64,000 bases of DNA, from IMG/VR virus record IMGVR_UViG_3300044733_000695, positions 9,029 to 73,028 of that record; one strand, written 5' to 3'. The notes under the pieces were generated by a model. That model was not told where the DNA came from. It ran no database searches and was given only the letters and a program-made list of their open reading frames with translations. Made by a program: the position numbers and the translations under genes. The DNA is from a virus. Below, piece after piece: positions 22,411 to 31,645 of this stretch (positions within the stretch are counted from its first letter, which is position 1; the number at the start of each line of letters is the position of its first letter).

Positions 22411-22740
22411 ATGAGCATCACCTACAACTGGGCCATCGCCAACCTAGAACGCGAGGTTTCGGACGGTTACGTCTTTACCGCGCACTGGACGGTGGTGGGC
22501 ATCTCTGATGACGTTGACCCCGAAGGCAATCCCTACAACTCCGGTGCCTATGGCTCCATGGGTCTGGAGCGTCCTGAGGGCAGCATGATCCCGTTCAGCC
22601 AGCTCACCCAAGAGCTTTGCGTTCAGTGGGTCAAGGACAAGTTTGGCCCGGATAAGGTCACCGAGATCGAGGAAGCGCTCGCTGCACGGATCGTAGACCA
22701 GCAGTTTCCGACCGTTGAAGCTGGCGTCCCGTGGCAGTAA
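22411..22740 (+). CDS. Tail fibre-associated protein (chaperone-like)
   Basis: YNWAIANLERE...IPFSQLTQE...GVPW, a type I recognise downstream of fibre genes. Confidence 0.65.
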   Translation: MSITYNWAIANLEREVSDGYVFTAHWTVVGISDDVDPEGNPYNSGAYGSMGLERPEGSMIPFSQLTQELCVQWVKDKFGPDKVTEIEEALAARIVDQQFPTVEAGVPWQ

Positions 22741-22868
22741 AAGCAAAGGCTGGTCTAAGCGGCACCGTCCGCAAGGATCCTGTCCCCAAGACAACCAGCC
22801 AAGGGCAAGGGCAGCGCTCCAGGCCGCGACGTCGTGGCCGCAAAAAGCTGCGCGGGCAGGGTCGTTAA
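22731..22868 (+). CDS. Small basic protein
   Basis: GTG start; MAVKAK...KTTSQGQG...KKLRGQGR. Confidence 0.6.
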   Translation: MAVKAKAGLSGTVRKDPVPKTTSQGQGQRSRPRRRGRKKLRGQGR

Positions 22869-22877
22869 ACTGATTAC

Positions 22878-23126
22878 ATGATCGAGGTCATCGCTGCTAT
22901 TGCTGGAGCGTCGATCTCCGTTGCCGCGATGGGCGCGATGGGCTTTAGCCGTCGCAACGATGAAGCACGCGAAGCTGTAATTAGACTGACCGCTGCCGTA
23001 GAGCATATTGCCACACAGCTAGAGGTGCTGCATAAGGACATCAAGGAGGACCGTAAGGAAACTTTTTCACGTCTTAATGGCGTTGAGCAGCGCGTGACTA
23101 TGCTTGAGGCACGGCCTACACGCTAA
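22878..23126 (+). CDS. Membrane-anchored coiled-coil protein (lysis cassette)
   Basis: N-terminal hydrophobic helix plus heptad pattern. Confidence 0.65.
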   Translation: MIEVIAAIAGASISVAAMGAMGFSRRNDEAREAVIRLTAAVEHIATQLEVLHKDIKEDRKETFSRLNGVEQRVTMLEARPTR

Positions 23127-23130
23127 CCCA

Positions 23131-23271
23131 GTGGACTTCCTTTCTCATCCCGCCTTCTGGATCATCGTCGCTGCTGCTAGCGAGCTGATCGCGATTAGCC
23201 CACTGAAGAGCAACAGCATTGTGCAGCTGGTGTTTCAGGTGCTGAACCTGTTGAAGGCAAAAAAGCGCTGA
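23131..23271 (+). CDS. Holin-like small membrane protein
   Basis: GTG start; MDFLSHPAFWIIVAAASELIAISPLKSNSIVQLVFQVLNLLKAKKR; upstream of endolysin. Confidence 0.65.
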   Translation: MDFLSHPAFWIIVAAASELIAISPLKSNSIVQLVFQVLNLLKAKKR

Positions 23272-23458
23272 CCTCGTTCGCTATTCGCAAACAGCGATTC
23301 GAGGCCCAGTTGCCGGCCAAGCTAGACCAAGCCGAAGCGGACTGGCACGCAGCGCAGCCCGTAGGCCCTGAGCCGGTGATTACGCATCACCCGGTAGACG
23401 ACACACTGCAAACCGGAGATAGCCGCCTACTTGGCGGTGCAATGGAGATCAAGTCACC

Positions 23459-24517
23459 ATGGTCAAACTGAGCGACCTGTTCCGGTACTACAAGCACGGC
23501 ACGCCGCATCAGATGGCGGCCATCTCTGAATTGGAAGCAGAGCTGTTAAAGGTTGCGCCTGCAATCTTGAATAGGGACCAAGCCTGGTACAAAACCTGGC
23601 AGCAAGGCGGCAAGCTGCATAATTATGGGCCAGCGATAAAGCTGATAAAAGAGTTTGAGGGCTGCCACCTAAGCGCTTACCCTGATCCGCTTAGCGGCGG
23701 CGACCCGTGGACCATCGGCTATGGCACCACCAGGTACAGCGATGGCCGCAAGGTGCAACGCGGCGACAAGATTACAGTTATTGAAGCCAGCAGCCTGCTT
23801 GAACTTGAGATAGACCGCATTGCCGCCAAGCTGCGTGCGACGGTGCCGTTTTGGAATGCCATGAGCGGCAACCAGCAATGTGCGCTGATTAGCTTTGCCT
23901 ACAACCTGGGCAGCGGGTTCTACGGATCCGAAGGATTCGAGACGATCAGCAAGCGCCTGAAAGAGAAGGACTGGGCAGGGGTGCCAGCAGCGATGCTGTT
24001 GTATCGCAACCCCGGCACCAGCGTCGAGGCTGGTTTGCTACGTCGCCGGCAGGCAGAAGGCAGACTGTGGGTTGGCGATCAGCAGCAGGGAGCAGCCAAA
24101 CTGACGCCTAGCAGTCCGTTCAGCGCACGGATCACGCCGCACATCCGAATCGGTGAGTTTGCGCTAGACCAAGAGGCACGGCGCTTTGATCACCAGTACC
24201 AAGTAGATACCGCAGCTGAGCTGGCAGCATTCCTAGAACGCGCTCGTGGTGCATTTGGCAACAAGCCGCTCATCATCACGTCGGGTTACAGACCAGCAAT
24301 CATCAATCGGCAGGTAGGTGGTGCCAGCGGCAGCGAGCACCTATTTAATGCGCCTGGCGTGGGTGCAGTTGACTGGTATATCAACGGCGTGGACATCTAC
24401 AAGCTGCAGGACTGGTGCGTCAAGCATTGGCCATACAGCACTGGACTAGGCGCACCCAAGGGCTTTATCCATACCGGCATCCGTCAAGGCAGGCCGCGTC
24501 TCACTTGGCCTTATTAG
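23459..24517 (+). CDS. Endolysin: GH24 lysozyme + M15 peptidase
   Basis: EFEGC...YPDP...WTIGYG and GLLRRRQAE; ITSGYR...SEH...AVD...FIH. Confidence 0.88.
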   Translation: MVKLSDLFRYYKHGTPHQMAAISELEAELLKVAPAILNRDQAWYKTWQQGGKLHNYGPAIKLIKEFEGCHLSAYPDPLSGGDPWTIGYGTTRYSDGRKVQRGDKITVIEASSLLELEIDRIAAKLRATVPFWNAMSGNQQCALISFAYNLGSGFYGSEGFETISKRLKEKDWAGVPAAMLLYRNPGTSVEAGLLRRRQAEGRLWVGDQQQGAAKLTPSSPFSARITPHIRIGEFALDQEARRFDHQYQVDTAAELAAFLERARGAFGNKPLIITSGYRPAIINRQVGGASGSEHLFNAPGVGAVDWYINGVDIYKLQDWCVKHWPYSTGLGAPKGFIHTGIRQGRPRLTWPY

Positions 24518-24545
24518 ACTGCCTGTGTAAGCCGCTACCAACGGC

Positions 24546-25397
24546 ATGGCGATCACGTCTACGCGAGTATCGCCAGAGCTTTTGGAGATACGGATACCGT
24601 ACAACAGCACCAAGGAAGAAGCAACCTTTCTACTGCTGTCGGACATCCACCTAGATAACCCAAAGTGCAACCGCAAGCTGCTGCTGCAGCACTTGGATGA
24701 GTGCAAGGCGATTGGCGGCCATGCTTTGATGTTTGGCGACGTGCTTTGCCTGATGCAAGGCAAAAAGGATCGGCGCGGCAGCAAGGGCGACATCAGGCCA
24801 GAGCATCTTGGCGGCAACTATTTTGATCTGGTGTTCCGCGAGTCAGCCGACCTGCTCCGGCCATACGGTGACATGATCCTGATGATGGGCGACGGCAACC
24901 ACGAGACTGCCGTGCTCAACAATCAAGAGATCGACCCGCTAGAGAACGTGGTCAGGCTCATGCGCAACGATGGCGCGGTTACCGAACACATGGGATACCA
25001 GGGCTTTGTGCGGTTTGCGTTCCGGCAGTCAGCCGGCCGTACACGCCGCTGCACATTGTTCTTCCACCACGGCGCATGGGGCGGCATCGTCACCAAAGGC
25101 ACCATGGGTGGCGGCCGCTACGCGCAGATCGCACCTGATGCAGACATCATGCTTAACGGCCACAACCACGAGCGCAGCATTGTGGCACACCCGTGCTACC
25201 GCATCGCAGAAAACGGCAAGGCATGGATTGAGCAGCGCTGGCACCTGCAAACCGGCACCTACAAGCAGGAGTTTGGCGCTACTGGTGGCTGGGCGATTGA
25301 GCGCATCGTAATGCCTAAGTCACTTGGCGGGATATGGCTAACGCTGCGGCCACGAGAGCGCGGCGGCGTTGACATCTCCTGCAGGCCAACCGTATGA
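24546..25397 (+). CDS. Calcineurin-like metallophosphoesterase
   Basis: SDIH, GD, GNHE, HHG, GHNH motifs. Confidence 0.85.
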   Translation: MAITSTRVSPELLEIRIPYNSTKEEATFLLLSDIHLDNPKCNRKLLLQHLDECKAIGGHALMFGDVLCLMQGKKDRRGSKGDIRPEHLGGNYFDLVFRESADLLRPYGDMILMMGDGNHETAVLNNQEIDPLENVVRLMRNDGAVTEHMGYQGFVRFAFRQSAGRTRRCTLFFHHGAWGGIVTKGTMGGGRYAQIAPDADIMLNGHNHERSIVAHPCYRIAENGKAWIEQRWHLQTGTYKQEFGATGGWAIERIVMPKSLGGIWLTLRPRERGGVDISCRPTV

Positions 25398-25576
25398 GAC
25401 AGTACGTCCTTGAGATTGAGTACACCATTGTGGTGGAATCTGAAGACGACGACCCAGAAGAGGTATCGGACAATTTCGTGGCGCGGCTCACTGAGCTAGC
25501 GCCGTCCAACGATCACGTCCTGGGCCTCACGGTTCAGGTGTTACCCATCCCGGAACTGCGTGGATCATTTGATTGA
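25394..25576 (+). CDS. Small acidic protein paired with HNH
   Basis: Similar in size, composition and position to 31726-31911. Confidence 0.65.
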   Translation: MRQYVLEIEYTIVVESEDDDPEEVSDNFVARLTELAPSNDHVLGLTVQVLPIPELRGSFD

Positions 25577-25859
25577 TGGCTCCAACCTCGTATCAAAACG
25601 CAGCGCAAAGCATCAATTTAGACAGCAAATTTTTGAAGCATGGGGCCATACATGCGCGTATTGCGGCGCCCCGGCTGACACGCTAGACCATGTGAAGCCA
25701 CGTCATAAAGGTGGCGCTACTGTTGCTTGCAATCTTGTACCGGCGTGCAAGAATTGCAACCGTAAGAAAGGCAGCGAGGAATGGCGCGAATGGTTTAGCC
25801 GTCAAGATTCGTGGTCTGTTGATCGCGTTCTAAAGATTCAGGATTGGTTGGTTGATTGA
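25560..25859 (+). CDS. HNH endonuclease
   Basis: CAYC...TLDHVKP...NLVPACKNCNRKK. Confidence 0.88.
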   Translation: MDHLIDGSNLVSKRSAKHQFRQQIFEAWGHTCAYCGAPADTLDHVKPRHKGGATVACNLVPACKNCNRKKGSEEWREWFSRQDSWSVDRVLKIQDWLVD

Positions 25860-25977
25860 GCATCTGATGGTAAAAAATCAGTGCTTGCCACTGCTGCCTG
25901 TGCTCTCGGCACATACCGTTGAAGCAAACCCTCCATACATCCTGATAGCGGCTGATTGTTGGTTTCGACATGGCCAA
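25795..25977 (-). CDS. Hypothetical protein
   Basis: C..GMCR...WQA motif shared with 32283-32456. Confidence 0.5.
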   Translation of the reverse strand: MAMSKPTISRYQDVWRVCFNGMCREHRQQWQALIFYHQMLNQPTNPESLERDQQTTNLDG

Positions 25978-26851
25978 GCGGGGTATTGCTTAATGGGTTG
26001 CTCATCAGCATACGAAGGCGGCTAATGCCACGACGCTCTAGGTTTTGCAGCTTGGTGCGGCTGACGCCTGTTTGTTGTTCAAGTTGCGCCCAGGTGACAG
26101 GCCGCGCAAGGTTTCTGGCATGGATTACCTGTTTGGTCAACGGGTCTAAGTATTTGTTAAAACAATCCATCAATTCGCGTATCTCTTGCCGGGTTTCTAT
26201 CAGGTCATTGTCGTAGTTAGGGTCAGCAATGTTGTCACCGATGCATGTGGTCTCGGTGTCAGCAACACGCTGGTCTAGGCTTGTCACTTTATAGGTTTGC
26301 TTTAACAAGTATGACAGTTCTTCTACATCCATATCCAGTGCGTTAGATATTTCGCTCATGGTTGGCTGTCTGCCGATCTTATGGCTTAGATCCTGCATGG
26401 TGCGGTTTATCTTGTACAGCATCTCATGCAAACTGGTTGGCAGGCGAATTATGGAGTCATGCTGGATCAATGCCCGCGTAATGCCTTGCCTGATCCACCA
26501 ATAGGCATAAGTTGAAAACTTGTAACCGCGTGACGGGTCGAATAGCTCAACCGCACGCGCAAGGCCGATATTGCCCTCTTGGATCAAGTCCATCAACTCA
26601 AGCGTCTTATTGCTGCGCTTGTCGTACTTGCGGGCTACATGGACTACAAGCTGCAGGTTGGACTTAATAAACCGTTGCCTAGCGCGTTCACCGCTTCGCA
26701 ACTCGCGTTGCTCATCACGGGTTAGCTCCCTGTCGCATTGTCTTAATTCTTGCCATCTAATGACACGCCTGCCGAGTTGTATCTCTTGTTGCGGTGTCAG
26801 TAGTGGATATTTGGCGATACTGTTGAGGTAGTCTTTGATGCTGTCGGCCAT
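25838..26851 (-). CDS. RNA polymerase sigma factor, cyanobacterial RpoD-like
   Basis: YLNSIAKYPLLT region 1.2; DLIQEGNIGL and GYKFSTYAYWWIRQGITRA region 2; divergent region 4. Confidence 0.92.
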   Translation of the reverse strand: MADSIKDYLNSIAKYPLLTPQQEIQLGRRVIRWQELRQCDRELTRDEQRELRSGERARQRFIKSNLQLVVHVARKYDKRSNKTLELMDLIQEGNIGLARAVELFDPSRGYKFSTYAYWWIRQGITRALIQHDSIIRLPTSLHEMLYKINRTMQDLSHKIGRQPTMSEISNALDMDVEELSYLLKQTYKVTSLDQRVADTETTCIGDNIADPNYDNDLIETRQEIRELMDCFNKYLDPLTKQVIHARNLARPVTWAQLEQQTGVSRTKLQNLERRGISRLRMLMSNPLSNTPLGHVETNNQPLSGCMEGLLQRYVPRAQAAVASTDFLPSDAQSTNQS

Positions 26852-27095
26852 GATGAATCCATTAGTTCACACAATGGAAGCACAGTTCCACGGCGCTGCC
26901 AACGCTAACATGTTGCGCCAGCTACATGCAGCAAAAGATTGGAATGCGTTACTTGAGTACAGCTTGCTACTGGCTGAGCAGGAGGCTAGCCAGCGCTCGC
27001 AGATTAAGTGGCTAGCTGCCGAGGCGATGCGCTCATGCAGCATCGAGCCTTGGCATTTGGCTGCGGCCGAGGAACTGCTTGGAGGCAGCCACTAG
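26850..27095 (+). CDS. Hypothetical protein (start uncertain)
   Basis: Helical ORF filling the sigma-dcd gap on the opposite strand. Confidence 0.5.
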   Translation: MMNPLVHTMEAQFHGAANANMLRQLHAAKDWNALLEYSLLLAEQEASQRSQIKWLAAEAMRSCSIEPWHLAAAEELLGGSH

Positions 27096-27587
27096 CTTGT
27101 CATTGTTGTAGTGCCCAACCTGCGCATAGCTCAGCGCTGGCTGCTGGCTCATGCGGAAAAACACCATCTGACCAATCTTGAGCCCTGGGTAAATGGGCAG
27201 CGGCTGCAGCTGACGGGCGTTTTTCAGCTCTAGCGTTAGCGTGCTGCCATTCCAGCCGGGATCGGCATAGCCGGCGTGGAGGTTCTCATAGCCCTCCCTA
27301 GCGCGGCTTGACTTCAGGAAGAACAGGCCGGCGATATCTTCCGGCATGTAAAAGGTCTCCACCGTCTGGGCCAGCACAAACTGACCAGGCACCAACTCGT
27401 ATGGATGCTCCACGGTGTAACCGCTGATGTCAAGCGGAATCATCTGGTGCCCTTGGACCGATTCGAGCATGATCAGGTTGCCAAGCCGCAGGTCCAAGCT
27501 GGCAGGATTGATCAGCTCTGGGTCATGGCCCTGCACCATCCCCTGAGTGACGATCAGGTCTTCGATTTCGGTGTCAGATAGGATCAT
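27033..27587 (-). CDS. dcd: dCTP deaminase
   Basis: MILSD, NPASLDLRLG, KSSRAREG, AGYADPGW, KIGQMVF. Confidence 0.9.
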   Translation of the reverse strand: MILSDTEIEDLIVTQGMVQGHDPELINPASLDLRLGNLIMLESVQGHQMIPLDISGYTVEHPYELVPGQFVLAQTVETFYMPEDIAGLFFLKSSRAREGYENLHAGYADPGWNGSTLTLELKNARQLQPLPIYPGLKIGQMVFFRMSQQPALSYAQVGHYNNDKLVAASKQFLGRSQMPRLDAA

Positions 27588-27807
27588 TGATGTCGATAAC
27601 GTGTTTACCAGTGCAGTGCTTAGATGCTGACCATTTCAGGTCATACTTTGAAATTTGAATTTCTGCCGGTTGCTTGGTGTACCAGCGGTGATTACACCCA
27701 TCGCAGCGGCGACGCCTAACAATCGTACCGTCAGCCAATTGATTGGTCATAACGACATACGTCTGCTGGCATGAGCAGCTAGGGCATCGGACTTGAACTG
27801 CTGGCAC
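27574..27807 (-). CDS. NrdR N-terminal-like zinc ribbon protein
   Basis: CPSC...RRRRCDGCNHRWYT. Confidence 0.7.
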   Translation of the reverse strand: MPAVQVRCPSCSCQQTYVVMTNQLADGTIVRRRRCDGCNHRWYTKQPAEIQISKYDLKWSASKHCTGKHVIDINDPI

Positions 27808-28069
27808 GTCTAACTCGGCTCATAGCATCGGACCTGAATTGCTTGCATGTATCTTCTAAATCTTGGGCAAGGACGGCAGCCGAACGCAGCAGCGTTGTAA
27901 GCGTCACCGGCTTCATGTCACGATCCGTCGCATAGCGAATGGCGTGCCTGAAGCCTTGACTGATGTTGCCGCCGCCGAGTTTGCGGGCAGCTTCAATCTC
28001 CTCGCGGCTCATGCGAATGTTCACCGTGTAGTTGCGACCGCGCTGCGTTGGTATGCGCGGGCTAGGCAT
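27779..28069 (-). CDS. Putative ribbon-helix-helix DNA-binding protein
   Basis: TVNIRMSREEIEAARKLGGGNISQGFR; close homologue at 33923-34204. Confidence 0.65.
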   Translation of the reverse strand: MPSPRIPTQRGRNYTVNIRMSREEIEAARKLGGGNISQGFRHAIRYATDRDMKPVTLTTLLRSAAVLAQDLEDTCKQFRSDAMSRVRRASSSSPMP

Positions 28070-28304
28070 TGCCCTCTAGCTCGGCAGCGATGGCGAGAAA
28101 ATGAGCGCGAATGGCGTGATGTGCGGCGAACACGCCTGCATCAGCGTCGGTGTCACCTAATGGCGTGTTCATCTGCACCTGATCCGCAGCAGCTCGCAGA
28201 GCGGCGGCAATCGCGGGCAGGTAATGCCAGTCATCCGGCTTGCCGCTGGCGGCGCGGTTGAACTCCCAGAACACTTGTTGCGCGGCAGGGGAGAGGTTAG
28301 TCAT
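28062..28304 (-). CDS. Hypothetical protein
   Basis: LSPAAQ...IAAALRAAADQV...LAIAAELEG. Confidence 0.7.
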   Translation of the reverse strand: MTNLSPAAQQVFWEFNRAASGKPDDWHYLPAIAAALRAAADQVQMNTPLGDTDADAGVFAAHHAIRAHFLAIAAELEGNA

Positions 28305-28449
28305 CCAAGGCCTCCTCCATGTCGCGCTTTACCAAATCAGCAATGCGCTGCTGATACAGCCCGGTGTAGGTTTCGCAGGTGCGGCCATAGTGGTGATACA
28401 ACCACTCCAAGTAGTCCTGCCGTTGCTGGTCAGCTATTGGGTTGTTCAC
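28297..28449 (-). CDS. Hypothetical protein
   Basis: DQQRQDYLEWLY...GRTC.TYTGL; similar to the N-terminus of 34197-34466. Confidence 0.55.
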   Translation of the reverse strand: MNNPIADQQRQDYLEWLYHHYGRTCETYTGLYQQRIADLVKRDMEEALDD

Positions 28450-28581
28450 TGATAAGCTCCATCAACTCAAGGACATGGGCCGCAAAGGCGGCATGGGTCA
28501 TCACTGCATGGGTGCCAGGAGGGCGCCCGTAGGACGCCTCCCACCACTCCTTGAATGCAGCTTCAAGGCTGGTTTGGTTCA

Positions 28582-28932
28582 TCAGAATGCAGACTCCTCG
28601 CTAGCAGCAGCAGCAGCACGCGGCAGGTATTCAAACCGGGTGACGTTCAGCACATGCTTAGAGCGCTTAGCGCCGCTCTCCTTATCCTGCCAGTCCTGAC
28701 GGCGAATGCCGCCGGTAACCATGATGCTGTCGCCTTTTTTGCAGTTGTCGGCAATCATTTGACCGCCTTTACCCCAGACCTCTACGTCAATTGCATTGTT
28801 GATGTAGTTGCCATCTTTATCTTTGCCTTCCTGAATGCCTGCACCAAAGTTGCAAACACAAGTACCGGAATCAAAAAACTTAATTTGCGGCTCGCTAATA
28901 ATGCGCACGACGCCGGAAGCATACAAACTCAT
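28582..28932 (-). CDS. ssb: Single-stranded DNA-binding protein
   Basis: OB-fold VEVWGK...KKGDSIMVTG...WQDKESGAKRSK; acidic-Phe tail. Confidence 0.85.
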   Translation of the reverse strand: MSLYASGVVRIISEPQIKFFDSGTCVCNFGAGIQEGKDKDGNYINNAIDVEVWGKGGQMIADNCKKGDSIMVTGGIRRQDWQDKESGAKRSKHVLNVTRFEYLPRAAAAASEESAF

Positions 28933-29147
28933 GGGTTGATTGGTGTAATGGAATGGGTCTCTTCAAAGGCCAGTACATCAGGCAGGTTGTACCTGACGCG
29001 GGACTGGCCGAGTGGACATCCTAGCCTCGGGACTGTGTAATAGCTAGGTCCTTGGCCGCGTAATCGTTGAGACTTAATGCTGGACGGCTTGAGGCCCCAA
29101 CGCTCGGCTAGTTGCTCAGTTGTCAGATAACTCATTCTCTTTTTCAA
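28929..29147 (-). CDS. AlpA/excisionase-like HTH protein
   Basis: [10 protein letters not shown]...GPSY...VRY. Confidence 0.75.
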   Translation of the reverse strand: MKKRMSYLTTEQLAERWGLKPSSIKSQRLRGQGPSYYTVPRLGCPLGQSRVRYNLPDVLAFEETHSITPINP

Positions 29148-29862
29148 GCATTAGTTGCAAAAGTTGATCGTGCTGCTCTTGGCTGATCTCACCGGCTTCT
29201 AGCCGTGCCGCCATACGCGGTTGCAGGTCTTCTAGATCCTGCAGGGTTTTGGCCTTAGCGATGGCCGCCTTACCAGCGGTGAACGTCTTGCTGCTGTCTA
29301 CCTTGGTGGTAGCAGGCAGCTTGACCTGCTCAGCTGGCGTGACCGTAACAGTCTCGGCTTGGTCCATTTCGTCGGTGCTGTACACACCAGACATGTCGGC
29401 AGGGAATGCCTTACGAAGCGCCAGCGCCTCAGAGCATTTGGCAATCATGGCGGCTGGCATTTTGGACCACAGCCCTTGGCCGGCGTTGTAGTCAGCAAAG
29501 CGGGCAACACCAATAAAAGGGTGTTGGCTGCCTTTGCGATGCACGATGGTCTTAGCTGCAGCGGGCGGCTTGCTGGAGAGCCATACGTCGCGCCATTCGC
29601 CTTCATCACCACACCAGTACGTCTCGCTGCCGTCTAGTTGTCCGGTGCGTTCGGCAATGGCACGCAAACCGTCAATGCCGGCCTGAATGGTCATCTTGCC
29701 GCCACGCTTGATGGCGTAAATCTGCTTGCTGAATGGGTCAAGGCCAGTGCGCTGGCACGCATAGGCGAACAGCCGCAGCTCATCATTGCTGCAGCCTGGC
29801 GCAATGGTGCTGCTAATAAGCTGCGTTTGCTCTGGGGTCCAAAGGGTGATAGCGGTTGACAT
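29116..29862 (-). CDS. bet: Single-strand annealing protein Bet (Red-beta family)
   Basis: [43 protein letters not shown]. Confidence 0.88.
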   Translation of the reverse strand: MSTAITLWTPEQTQLISSTIAPGCSNDELRLFAYACQRTGLDPFSKQIYAIKRGGKMTIQAGIDGLRAIAERTGQLDGSETYWCGDEGEWRDVWLSSKPPAAAKTIVHRKGSQHPFIGVARFADYNAGQGLWSKMPAAMIAKCSEALALRKAFPADMSGVYSTDEMDQAETVTVTPAEQVKLPATTKVDSSKTFTAGKAAIAKAKTLQDLEDLQPRMAARLEAGEISQEQHDQLLQLMLEKENELSDN

Positions 29863-30656
29863 CAGAACTCGATGGGTGATTGCTGGTTGGCATTAAGTGC
29901 CCAGCCGGGCAGGCTGAGCGTTTGGACTGAGGTGTCGCCGTAGCCGGGCCACATGTCAGCGGCCTTGCAGGTGGCGATCACGTCCAGTGCATTATCGCGC
30001 ATGGTCCGCCCTAGTGCCATAGCGGCATGGTCCAGTTCGTAAACGGCGACCGCATACGGCGCAGTCTTTTCCACTGCGATAAACACAAACCGGCCAGCAC
30101 CGTGCAAACCAGCGAGGTAATGCGCTGCCTGGACGTGGTAGGCGAAGGTCGCCACGCTACGCGCAAACGCTGCAGGGCTGGCGTCTTGGCATGTCTTCAG
30201 GTCAACGATGGTGCTGCCTTGATACCAGTCTGGGCGGCATTTGCAGCGCAGTCCTGTTGGCAGGTCATCCCACCAGAACGACTGCTCAGCCTTGCCATGA
30301 GCGAGCAGCGCTGATGCAGCAGGATGCCGTCGGACGCTATCGGCCATGCAGTTAGCGGTCAGCATGTCGCCGGCCGTTACGGCTTCGATGCCAGCAGTAG
30401 CCATCTGCTCAGCCTGTTCCTTGCCTGCTTTGGTGTTGCGTGGCCCGCAGACGCCATAGCGGGATGACAGCTCATCAGGCTCCAGCACGGCGCAATGCAC
30501 CAAGCTGCCTAGCTTCATCGCTGCTGTCGGTTCAACCGGCAAGCGATGCGGGTCCAGATATCGCGCCCAATAGTGGTAAGGCGATTGCATTACCGCTTTG
30601 AGGTGACTGGCGCTGACGGCTGGGTCGGCGTGATAGTCGGCACTAGAGATGGTCAT
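29862..30656 (-). CDS. Exonuclease VIII-like PD-(D/E)XK nuclease (DUF3799-like)
   Basis: [32 protein letters not shown]. Confidence 0.88.
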   Translation of the reverse strand: MTISSADYHADPAVSASHLKAVMQSPYHYWARYLDPHRLPVEPTAAMKLGSLVHCAVLEPDELSSRYGVCGPRNTKAGKEQAEQMATAGIEAVTAGDMLTANCMADSVRRHPAASALLAHGKAEQSFWWDDLPTGLRCKCRPDWYQGSTIVDLKTCQDASPAAFARSVATFAYHVQAAHYLAGLHGAGRFVFIAVEKTAPYAVAVYELDHAAMALGRTMRDNALDVIATCKAADMWPGYGDTSVQTLSLPGWALNANQQSPIEF

Positions 30657-30853
30657 GCTTCCACCCCCTCGCGCAGTTTGCGGTGCAGCCGGCTGCTAGG
30701 GCCATAGGTTGCGTAAATCTCCGGGAATGCCAGCAGCAGGCGCTCGCGGTTGATCGGGTCAGCCTTGAGGCCGGCTTCAGCCAAGGCGGTAAAGAAGTTA
30801 CCGGCATACTGCGCTGCAGTGATGAAAGTCCAGTAGCGGTCTGAGTCGGTCAT
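30653..30853 (-). CDS. Hypothetical protein
   Basis: ADPINRERLLLAFPEI; ATGA coupling to the exonuclease. Confidence 0.65.
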   Translation of the reverse strand: MTDSDRYWTFITAAQYAGNFFTALAEAGLKADPINRERLLLAFPEIYATYGPSSRLHRKLREGVEA

Positions 30854-30907
30854 AGAATTAACGCGGTGTGTTGAGGTGGGGCGGTTGGTGTGGCCGCCCC
30901 GTTTTCT

Positions 30908-31087
30908 TTACGCCAGTGCTAGACGGACGCGGTAACGGCTGATGTGCATGTGCTCCGCAATGCGGCGCTGCGTCCAGCCGTAGCCGCGCAGTCGCTTGGC
31001 GCGTTGCTCGGTTGACTCCGTTGCCCAGAGCAGAACCAGCAGTGGTAGCAGCAGCAAGGCGGTCAACAGGGCAATTGTGGTTGTCAT
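30908..31087 (-). CDS. Membrane-anchored HTH protein, 59 aa
   Basis: Hydrophobic N-terminus then GWTQRRIAEHMHISRYRVRLALA; homologue at 35390-35584. Confidence 0.7.
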   Translation of the reverse strand: MTTTIALLTALLLLPLLVLLWATESTEQRAKRLRGYGWTQRRIAEHMHISRYRVRLALA

Positions 31088-31147
31088 GGTGTTAAAGCGG
31101 GTGGAATGGTGCCGGGATTGGGTGCGGCTCCCGGTTGGCCGCGTGGG

Positions 31148-31399
31148 TCAAGCCCCGGCAGGTCCCAGTCGATAGCCCGGAGAAAAGATCATGAACTCGT
31201 CATTCCAGCCCAGATCCTTCACCGTGACAGGCGCAGCGGTGTAGTAACCGATTGCAGAAACGGTGACGTGCACTTCGTCCCGGTCAACAACTGCGTAGTT
31301 GATGGGATTGCGCCAATCGGCAGGATCGGCAACCTTGGCAAAAGCAGCATCAAGCTGTGCCTCAGTAAACGGAGTACCAGTTTCCTGAAGGATCAGCAT
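31148..31399 (-). CDS. Hypothetical early protein
   Basis: Probable ATG at 31399 downstream of the promoter; AFAKVADPADWRNPI. Confidence 0.6.
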   Translation of the reverse strand: MLILQETGTPFTEAQLDAAFAKVADPADWRNPINYAVVDRDEVHVTVSAIGYYTAAPVTVKDLGWNDEFMIFSPGYRLGPAGA

Positions 31400-31452
31400 C
31401 TGAAGCGCAGCCTCCGGGCTGCCGAGTGGGGGTCTTGCCCCCTGATGCACAT

Positions 31453-31480
31453 ATCCTACACCATGTGCCGCCGTGGTCAA
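31453..31480 (-). promoter_or_regulatory. Early sigma70-type promoter
   Basis: TTGACC-16 bp-TAGGAT; shares TTGACCACGGCGGCA with 959-973. Confidence 0.6.
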
Positions 31481-31499
31481 GCGTGGTGAGGGGAATGGA

Positions 31500-31645
31500 T
31501 GAGGTCAGGTAACGCCCGACCCCCGAGGCGGCCGACCTGCGTCGTCGGCGGGACTATCTCCGGCCCCTGCATCCGGCTTATGGGTGATGGTCAGCCTTCG
31601 TCGCTGACAGGACTAACTCCGGGCCATGCATCCGGCTTGTGGCTG
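31500..31645 (-). ncRNA. Candidate structured RNA: two 54-nt tandem units plus a third hairpin
   Basis: Units 31530-31583 and 31589-31642, 42/54 identical, three compensatory pair changes; TATATT -10 box at 31651-31656. Confidence 0.7.

Noticed and set aside
30878-30909. Intrinsic terminator for the early operon
   Set aside because: The hairpin is real but its U-tract is on the plus strand, opposite to the surrounding genes; function unresolved
31530-31642. Guanidine-II/III riboswitch, glnA riboswitch or hammerhead ribozyme
   Set aside because: Loops are 7 nt and only one has ACGA; no CUGAUGA/GAAA core; no matching downstream gene context
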